DNA from: Octopus sinensis
Taxonomy: Eukaryota
Length of the DNA: 64,000 nt
Assembly: GCF_006345805.1 (NCBI RefSeq)
Contig: NC_043001.1
Span: 18,972,001 to 19,036,000, forward strand
Direction: 5' to 3'
In this document: positions 55,430-64,000 of the stretch, one piece after another
Numbering within the stretch: position 1 is the first letter of the stretch
Layout: every line of letters starts with the position of its first letter
Program-made: the position numbers and the translations under genes
The notes under the pieces: generated by a model
What the model was told of the DNA's origin: nothing
The model's input: only the letters and a program-made list of their open reading frames with translations
Databases searched by the model: none

Positions 55430-55798
55430 CTAATGCATCTATAATATTCTTTTTAAATCTTTTCTTTCAGTTGTGTGTTATACATTGTCTAGTTCATTCC
55501 TAACAATTTGTATTGTTTCGTTTTTTACTTGGTTTGCAAGATTCTTTACGTGAATTCGTGTGTTGAAGCATATTTCATTGTGTCTGGGGAGAGTCATTCT
55601 CTTTTAGTACCTTATTATTTAACAGACTCACCGGTTCGATTTCCACTCATTTAGTTATTATTTTTTCTAAAATTTTCGTTGCGTGTTGCAACCTTTTCAA
55701 TAGACGTTAATGACTAAATAACTGAGTGGAAATCAAACAACTGGTGAATGTGTAAAATAACGAGGCACTAAAAGAGAATGACTCTCCCCAGACACAAT
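55430..55798 (-). mobile_element. Second copy of the 47.9-kb family, with inverted ends and an HHR-like motif at 55667-55703
   Basis: Shares ttgtgtctggggagagtcatt and gtttgcaagattcttta; inverted repeat spans 55577-55798. Confidence 0.65.
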
Positions 55799-55859
55799 AA
55801 AATTTCTATTGTGTCTGGCCTAATTCTCTTATCTCAGTTTTTTTTTTCCTATCTTGCAA

Positions 55860-56160
55860 GATGTCAACGTCTTTAATTTTCAGCTTGTCATTGTCGCCTT
55901 GGAACATCTTCCTAAACTGAATTTCAAATTCATTTTTTCGGTGAATCCATGTACTTCTTGTAATATTATTTCTAGTTGTTTATTACTTGCAACATACAAC
56001 TTGAGATCATCCATATTAAAAAAAGATAGTTGCCTTCCTATTTACATTCATTTCCAATTCTGCTCAGCAGGACTGTCAAAGGTGTCAACGCCATGCAGAA
56101 AAGGAGTGCAGGCAGAGAGACCAACACTCCAGGAATATTCCACTTCTTATGGGGATAGCT
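55860..56160 (-). pseudogene. R4/Dong-like reverse transcriptase core fragment
   Basis: IRSGIF..MALTPL..NMDDLKLYVASNKQLE..KFSLGRCSKAT. Confidence 0.8.
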
Positions 56161-57865
56161 TTAGTTTTTATAATTCCCTCTTTTTTTCTACAACTTCAAG
56201 ACTATTTGACATTTACTCAATTTAGATTTGTGCCTAAATTGAAAATAATTGTTATATTGTGAATTTGCAAAATCGGTATTCTCTGAAATGGTGGTACGTA
56301 TGTTAGAAATCAGTATTGCTGTGTTGACATTACTTAAATTATAACATAATAATAGTAAATTTTATAATATATATATATATGAAATGTTAACTAACTTTAG
56401 AGTGCTTGTAATTCGTTTCGTGTAAAACTGTCGAGATGATCGCTTGATATGTGCTTTCTTTTCACCAGCCTTGCTATACTATTTTCTAGTCTATTCCTTT
56501 TCAAGCAACATAGTCGCGATTGGCTCAGAAGCAATTTCACACATATAGCTGAATGTGTGAAACATATTTTATAATGTGAGAGACTGGTTATGGTTCGGAA
56601 AGGTGTATCAATCAATAAGAACGAATACAAACAACAAAAATCCTAATTGCTGAACTTCATACGTTCACCTTGATAATTTAATATTACATTCAATATGGCT
56701 AAAATAAACAATTTCTTTTTTTTACAAGCTTAATTATAAATAGAAAAATTAACTCTTTCTCGCATTAAAAAAATATTTTTTGTTCCAGAAATACGTTTAA
56801 ACTTCAAATTAATATCACAATTTTTTTTCTTCCATTTTTATTTCAATATATGTCGTGACGTCAAGCGAGACTTATTAAATTTTCCATTACAGATGCCATA
56901 CAAATTTCTGAAATTTCAAACCTCAGAACATGTGTAATAATTATCTGCGTTATCTTTTATACAGCTTCCTTATTAATAGCTTGAGGAACGAGAGAGCATC
57001 GAGTCTTTCATTAGTATCAGTGCCCGATGATTTTACTGATAAACTCGCAATGATAAAACATCTCTTTACAAAGCACATTTTGTTCATTGGTGTAATTTTG
57101 TTAAATACTTAATTTCATTACATCTCTCTCGCACAATAGTATGTAGTTTAAATCTAATAGCTTTAAAGTTTCAGACACTTCAATATTTTCTTCGTTTGAT
57201 ATATATGTTTATATACAACACCACCGATTTACAACTATTTTTCTTTCCAGTCTGATCCCATTACAAACATGAAACATTTTTCCATCAATTAAATCAATAT
57301 CATTTGTCGCTATTGTTAGTATTTAGCCCTAGGTCAGCTCTTGCTGGGTATACCTAGGATCACAAGCATTGAAGGAATGGCTACATGTCTTTCTTTCTAG
57401 TTTTCCCTACCAATAATTACATTATCTAACGTATCACTACATTCCCACAATGGTAGGATGTGATTTGAGAGAAATATGGCTGCTGTTTTTAGATAGTCAA
57501 ACAAACACTTCGAGGCACATTGTTATCAGTTTTGCGATAATGAAGTTAAATTTTTCCCCAAAATTTAGTGATACCAATCGAACCTTCCGGAAGGTTCCCT
57601 TGACTCCAAATGATGATAAAATTTCCTTTAGTGGACATATAGCAAAATATAATATCGACGTTAAACTCACAAGATATTAAGATAAATATGACAATTAATC
57701 AGAAGCATTGTGGCAGAGCCACGACATCTATTTTTAAAGAAACACTTATCGTTATATACATTTAGTTTTATGACGGTTTTATTTAATATAAATCCTTAAA
57801 TCCTTAAAAATGTTTCAACTCGAAAGCTGCGGCTATGCTGGGGCGCCACCGTTGAATGAGCTACA

Positions 57866-58200
57866 CTAATATGTGAAACTACCACTGATGCGTGGCACTT
57901 GGTCAACAAGCGAGTTCGACGCCGCTGCCCGCATCTGTGTTTCCTGTCGGGAGGTAGGTTCATCTGGAACCCCTGACAAGAAGAGATCCAGTTTAATTTT
58001 AAAGAAACTCACATCCACACCATGCAGGTCTCTCAGGCAGTTAGGAAAGATATTGAAGAGCTGTGGTCCCCTAAAACCCAAGCTGTTGCAGGATCTGGTC
58101 CTGTATTTTGATGGTGATGTTGGGAACTTTGGCACCATGCAAGTATTAACATATTTATTTCGTCCTACGTCTATGAATTGCTTACTTGTACTGGAATTTT
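57866..58200 (-). pseudogene. CR1/L2-like LINE 3' end
   Basis: NSLGFRGPQLFN..FKIKLDLFLSGVPDEP..AASNSL. Confidence 0.8.
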
Positions 58201-58834
58201 AGTTCTTAATCTGGTCAGTAATATTGTCAAGGGATTATTGTGAGCTCAGAAGGAGAAGCAAATGTCCAAGGCCACGCTAAATGTCAAGATCAACTTTATC
58301 TTTTATCTCCTCGGACTAGAAAAAAACAAAATATTAGCGAAGTACTGCAATCAATATAATCAAATAACTCCTTCTCACAACATTTCAGGCCTTAAATTTA
58401 CGTTAGCAACAACTCTAGGAGTGAATTTACAGAATCGTTAGGACGTCGGACAAAATGGCTTACAACATTTTCGTTTCCGTTGTTTTACTTTCTGAGTTCA
58501 AAACCTGCCGAAGTCAACTTTACCTTTCATCCTTCCGAGGTCGATAAAACAAAGTACTTGCTATGGACAGGGGTAGATTGAACCCCTACTCTCAAATATT
58601 CTGGTATTGTGCCTATGTTAGAACAAATAATAATAACAGTAATAATAATTGTTTCAAATTTTTTCACAAGGGCAGCTATTTTTGGGGAGGGGATGAGTCT
58701 ATTACATCGACCCCAGTGTTCAACTGGCACTTAATTTATCGACCCCGAAAAGATGAACGGCAAAGTTGTCCACGACGGAGTTTGAACTCAGAACATGAAA
58801 ACAGACGTGCTAACGATTCCGCCAGCTCGCCACC

Positions 58835-58835
<1 letters not shown>

Positions 58836-58868
<33 letters not shown>

Positions 58869-58948
58869 TAATAATAACAATAATAATAATAATCCTTCCT
58901 ATAGTAGAAAGAATTATTATTATTATTATTATTTTATAATTATTATTA

Positions 58949-59005
<57 letters not shown>
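58836..59005. repeat. (AAT)n followed by (TTA)n
   Basis: Direct reading. Confidence 0.9.
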
Positions 59006-59709
59006 CAGTGAAATGAATACAACACTGCAAGCTAGTGAATCACGTTATATTTTCACTGCGTACACTTGCAACAGTCAGTGACATTGACATCACCTGGTAT
59101 ATATCAACAACTAGGTGAACTCTAGATTTTGCGAGATATACAAGTGTGTGAATGGAAATTTTAAATCAGTATTATATTAACATTAAACATTACATGTGCC
59201 AATGTGAAACAGAATCAGAAAAAAAAAACAGGGCTACTGCATTCAATTTCTAGAGCTTGAAATGTCGAATATCTTTTACAATGAAATCTTAGCAATAAAT
59301 TCAGCATTATAACTTCCTCCAATCCATATTCATATCAGCTACCCACTATACATAAGAGGCAGCTGCTATTCTTCGTGAGCACAACATAATCAAAACATGC
59401 TACAGATTCGTAAACGGGTAGTCTGAATCACATGATACAATATAATTCATATTACAATAAAATGAACAGTAATAAATACATTTTTCTAAGATCGATAAAA
59501 ATAATCTTTTTTTCTATAAATATAATGTGGCAATATGAAAAATACTCACCTCTGATTTTCCATAGAATTTAACATATCGGGTTGTCAGATATATACGTTC
59601 GGTTTTTTGTTTTCCCCAGCTTGGAACTCCATCTTGATATGTCTGGAAAGAGGCAAAATTTATTCAAATTTCAAGCACAATGAAGATAATTTCTTTGACG
59701 AATAGTTGC

Positions 59710-59976
<267 letters not shown>

Positions 59977-60205
59977 TACCGGAGTAAGCACATAAATGTG
60001 AAACAAGGTGGAAAAAAGAGTACTGAAGTACCAGAGGTAGAGTAATATGATTTATTTAAGAGCAGCAGAAATATAACAAAAGCTGTTACTCGGAGTTTCA
60101 CGTTCCCGTTCGTCGGACAGTTATTTTAACAAAACAGTCCAACGAACGAGAACGTGAAACTCCGAGTAACAGTTTTTGTTATATTTCTGCTGCTTTTAAA
60201 TAAAG
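59977..60205. mobile_element. Penelope pLTR-like element with inverted terminal segment
   Basis: Arms at 60053-60120 and 60135-60203, flanked by (TA)n; homologous to 16955-17160. Confidence 0.65.
60083..60120 (-). ncRNA. Minimal HHR variant (U4C core)
   Basis: CTGT-CCGACGA-ACG-ggaa-CGT-GAAACTCCGAGTA-ACAG; helices I, II and III all pair. Confidence 0.55.
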
Positions 60206-60211
60206 TATATG

Positions 60212-60253
<42 letters not shown>

Positions 60254-60439
60254 GTTGAATGAATTATCTTAGTATGGATAATTCGGTTAACCGATACCTG
60301 GGTAGCAAATTCACGACAGAAAAACACGGTTGAAGCTACATGCCAAGGGCAGAGATCACGTGCTTTCGTGTGGAAATTTGTGTGTTTTTTTAATACAAAT
60401 AAATGAAAGAATGGAGTTGAACGACGATTTAACAAAATT

Positions 60440-60534
60440 CCTTTATTCTCGACATATGTTTCGAAGGCTGCATATTCCTAATTTCGAAGGAATAAGGGGT
60501 GCATTATGCCGCCTTCTCATCAGGAAAAACAAGG
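60440..60534 (-). ncRNA. Type I hammerhead ribozyme, canonical CUGAUGA core
   Basis: CCTTGTTTTTC-CTGATGA-GAAGG..CCTTC-GAAAC-ATAT-GTC-GAGAATAAAGG. Helix I is 11 bp with 2 mismatches; helix III is the palindrome ACATATGT. Confidence 0.85.
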
Positions 60535-60611
60535 AACTTATGTCAGCATCAAGATGAACAAAAGCTCTTAGATGACTGCCCACACGGAGCCCATAGCGAT
60601 CTAAGATGAAA

Positions 60612-60699
60612 TTTCCTGATGAGAAGGTGGCATAATGCACGCCTTATTCCTTCGAAATTAGGAATATGCAGCCTTCGAAACATATGTCGAGAATAAAGG
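60612..60699 (+). ncRNA. Type I hammerhead ribozyme (right arm copy, shortened helix I)
   Basis: TTTC-CTGATGA-GAAGG..CCTTC-GAAACATATGTC-GAGA. Confidence 0.7.
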
Positions 60700-60734
60700 A
60701 ATTTTGTTAAATCGTCGTTCAACTCCATTCTTTC

Positions 60735-60784
<50 letters not shown>

Positions 60785-61432
60785 CGTGTTAATTCAAATG
60801 GCACTGGAAAGAGTTAAAATAAATTGGAAAATAAAAACGAACGAATTTATGTCATAAGCCAGATAAATAACAACGTAGAAAATATTGCTTATATCTTCCT
60901 ATCTGTCAAATCGTCAACAGATAATGAATGTTGATTTGATAATCAAATTTACTGATAGGGAAATACTAAATATCTTGTTCGGGAAATATTCGTTATTAGC
61001 GACGAAGCTGTACTATTTCAAAATAGCATTCTGTATATTTTACTTAACGTGGATGTCGAATAGAAAGCTACAGAATTGCAGCAGCCGTCTTCAGAATGCA
61101 TTTTGTACAGAGGTTTAGTGGTAAAAAACAAAGATGAATATCAGAAGCAGACGAAAATCGTCTTGCAGCGTCGGTGGAATTGCTAGACAGTTTTCTTCTA
61201 CTATTAAATGTTTTCGTGCATTTTATCATATCAAGTCCGCACAAGATATTTTGTTAAGACGAATACCGCAGTTGTTTGGCTTTGTACACTGTATCCACGT
61301 TCAGATATACAGAGGTTTTTAAGTAGGCGGATATTGCTTGCAGACAGTTTTTCGAAATCAGTGACGGAAGTTACTGGGAAAAACAATAAGTATTTGCAAA
61401 CAGGTCTCCCTTCATCGAAAACCGGTGATTAC

Positions 61433-61477
61433 CGTACGTTGACAAGAGGCAAATACCTCGAAACTGCAGTCCGTGCG
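61433..61477 (+). ncRNA. Minimal type I hammerhead ribozyme, U3:A8 core variant
   Basis: CGTACG-TTGACAA-GAGG-caaata-CCTC-GAAAC-TGCA-GTC-CGTGCG. All three helices pair; predicted cut after 61471. Confidence 0.85.
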
Positions 61478-61785
61478 TATCACTTAGGTTTACGAGAGAG
61501 GGATGACCTCCCTTTGCAAATACCATAAGGGTACAGAAAGTGTGCCTAAAGCCAGCTGGAGACGATGATTTCCTGGGGCTAAAAGCTACAGTAACACCCA
61601 CCCTTAGTGGTTAGCCATATTGAGATGGCTAGTATACTTTACGCTGTCCAGCGGTTACTGTTTACATCTCGTTCAGAGATTTATTATTGCTTGCAGACAG
61701 TTTTTCGAAACCAGTGACGGAAGTTACTGGGAAAAACAATAAGTATTTGCAAACAGGTCTCCCTTCATCGAAAACCGGTGATTAC

Positions 61786-61830
61786 CGTACGTTGACAAGA
61801 GGCAAATACCTCGAAACTGCAGTCCGTGCG
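61786..61830 (+). ncRNA. Minimal type I hammerhead ribozyme, U3:A8 core variant (unit 2)
   Basis: Identical motif; predicted cut after 61824. Confidence 0.85.
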
Positions 61831-62043
61831 TATCACTTAGGTTTACGAGAGAGGGATGACCTTCCTTTGCAAATACCATAAAGGCACAGAAGGTGTGCCT
61901 AAAGCCAGCTGGAGACGATGATTTCCTGGGGCTAAAAGCTACAGTAACACCCACCCTTAGTGGTTAGCCATATTGAGATGGCTAGTATACTTTACGTTGT
62001 CCAGCGGTTACTGTTTACATCTCGTTCAGAGATTTATTATTGC

Positions 62044-62075
<32 letters not shown>

Positions 62076-62159
62076 ATATATATATATGTGTGTATGTATG
62101 TATGTATGTATGTATGTATGTATATATGATGTATGTATGTATGTATGTATGTATACACA

Positions 62160-62313
62160 CGGGTTTTTTTTCAGTTTCCGCCTACCAAATACACTCACAA
62201 GGTTTTGGTCGGCACGAGGCTATATCAGAAGTCATTTGCCTAAGGTTCCATGCAGTGGGACTGAACCCAGAACCATGTGGTTGGGAAGCAAGCTTCTTAC
62301 CACACAGCCACAC
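62160..62313 (-). mobile_element. SINE family A, 5' half
   Basis: Head and start of body. Confidence 0.75.
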
Positions 62314-62586
62314 CTAAAAGATCGGCATCATACACATGTCGACCGTAAACAAGTAAAAAAAAAAAAAAACATGACCCCATAAATGGATCAATGCATGTAC
62401 AAGTTGCTATTGTACAGACACCCTCACTGGTTACCAGAAGAGCATAGACGAACTTGTCCTGGATACACAAAGCTGTTAAAAAGAAGCGTCATATTCACCG
62501 CTTAAGTGTTCTTGGTGCATGATTTAGACAATCAGCGTCGACTTGCACACGTCCTCATAATCGACTCTTTTTTTTTTTTTTTTTTT

Positions 62587-62933
62587 GTTTCAGTCATTTG
62601 ACTGCGGCCATGCTGGAGCACCACCTTTTAGTACTTATTCTATCGGTCTCTTTTTGCCGAACCGCTAAGTGACGGGGACCTAAACACACCAGCATCGGTT
62701 GTCAAGCAATGCTAGGGGGACAAACACAGACACACAAACACACACAGATATACATATATATACATATATACGACAGGCTTCTTTCAGTTTCCGTCTACCA
62801 AATCCACTCACAAGGCATTGGTCGGCCCGGGGCTATAGCAGAAGACACTTGCCCAAGATGCCACGCAGTGGGACTGAACCCGCAACCGTGTGGTTGGTTA
62901 GCAAGCTACTTACCACACAGCCACTCCTGCGCC
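62587..62933 (-). mobile_element. SINE family A
   Basis: Near-full copy. Confidence 0.85.
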
Positions 62934-63339
62934 TTGATCTAGTTTTGCATCTATGAATGTTTCTAGACTGTCATTTATGATAATTAGATCATAAAGATGG
63001 TGCTAGCAGTTAACTAATCAAATATAAATCAGCTTTTAGCATAAAATGCAGTTAGAAAGATTAGACGACACTTATGGAATAATTTTTGGTATTTAAGAGT
63101 CATGGAAAGGTTGATAACTAGCATGCAATGTCTGTGCTACAAGCAGAGTAATTAAAATTTTATGCAAGTGTTCGTGTGTGTATATGAGTGTATATGTATG
63201 TATGTGTGTGTGCACATGGTGTGGTGGTTGTGTAATGGTTTAACTAAATAGTCAAAATTCTTAAGCAATCAGTTAAACATTCTTATATCGATAAACCAAA
63301 CGCATTCAAGCTATACTAATCGACTCACGCACATAAACA

Positions 63340-63523
63340 CGTACACACAACATACATACATACATACATGCATACATGCATACATACATACATGCATACA
63401 TACGTACGTACATATATACATACATACATACACACATACATACATACATACATACATACATACACACATACATACATACACACATACATACATACAAACA
63501 TACATACTTACATACACACATAC

Positions 63524-63554
<31 letters not shown>

Positions 63555-63710
63555 CATACATCCCCCCATCCATCCATCCATCCATCCATCCATCCATACA
63601 TACATACATACATCCACCCATCCATCCATCCATCCATCCATCCATACATACATACATACATACATACATACATACATACATACATACACACACACATACA
63701 TACATAGGTA
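63340..63710. repeat. (TACA)n/(TCCA)n compound microsatellite
   Basis: Direct reading. Confidence 0.95.
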
Positions 63711-63905
63711 CGTATCTTCATTCACATAAATAAAGAGGAAAACGAATACACGTACACGCACGTACGCGCCTGCGCCCACACAAGCGCGCATATGTACCTC
63801 TGTATGTAGGCGTGTATATATTCATTTCTACTCTAGGCACAATTCCCGAAATTTGGGGGGAAGGGGATATATTTTATATATTATATATGTTATATATATT
63901 ATATT

Positions 63906-63944
<39 letters not shown>

Positions 63945-64000
63945 TATGTGGGCACAGGGCTTCACGAAACGTGTACAACAATAAAGTACGAAGCACGAGT

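Larger units (their letters stand above)
60400..60739. mobile_element. Inverted-repeat element (arms ~128 bp) carrying two HHRs, Penelope pLTR-like
   Basis: 60400-60527 is the near-perfect reverse complement of 60612-60739. The right end abuts (TA)n. Confidence 0.8.
61332..62044 (+). mobile_element. Retrozyme-like tandem dimer, 353-bp unit with one HHR per unit
   Basis: tattgct recurs at 61332, 61685 and 62038. The units differ by about 6 transitions. The 3' end runs into (TA)n. Confidence 0.85.

Noticed and set aside
61208-61954. ORFs within the 353-bp repeat
   Set aside because: Short, no recognisable domain; best explained as incidental to a structured RNA unit.

Overview
AT-rich, repeat-saturated eukaryotic non-coding DNA. 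The style of the repeats suggests a cephalopod (Octopus-like) genome; that assignment is inference. I can support no host protein-coding gene, rRNA or genuine tRNA, and nearly all long ORFs in the track are translated microsatellites. The window holds several tRNA-derived SINE families (dozens of copies), three internally deleted mariner elements, one pogo-like element, three non-autonomous Helitrons, decayed LINE fragments (R4/Dong-like, RTE, CR1/L2-like, Penelope-like), long microsatellites, a 100-N gap and a 1601-bp tandem duplication. The main discovery, read by hand from the sequence, is a set of type-I hammerhead ribozyme (HHR) motifs in at least 7 apparently unrelated short non-coding element families. 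Three are head-to-tail arrays with one HHR per unit: 25.1-26.7 kb (534/537 nt), 44.1-44.7 kb (399 nt) and 61.3-62.0 kb (353 nt). That architecture is expected of retrozyme-like elements that yield monomeric, possibly circular, RNAs. Other families form inverted repeats typical of Penelope-like element termini. Several cores carry a U3:A8 pair in place of the usual C3:G8 pair. SINE, LINE and microsatellite boundaries are approximate.
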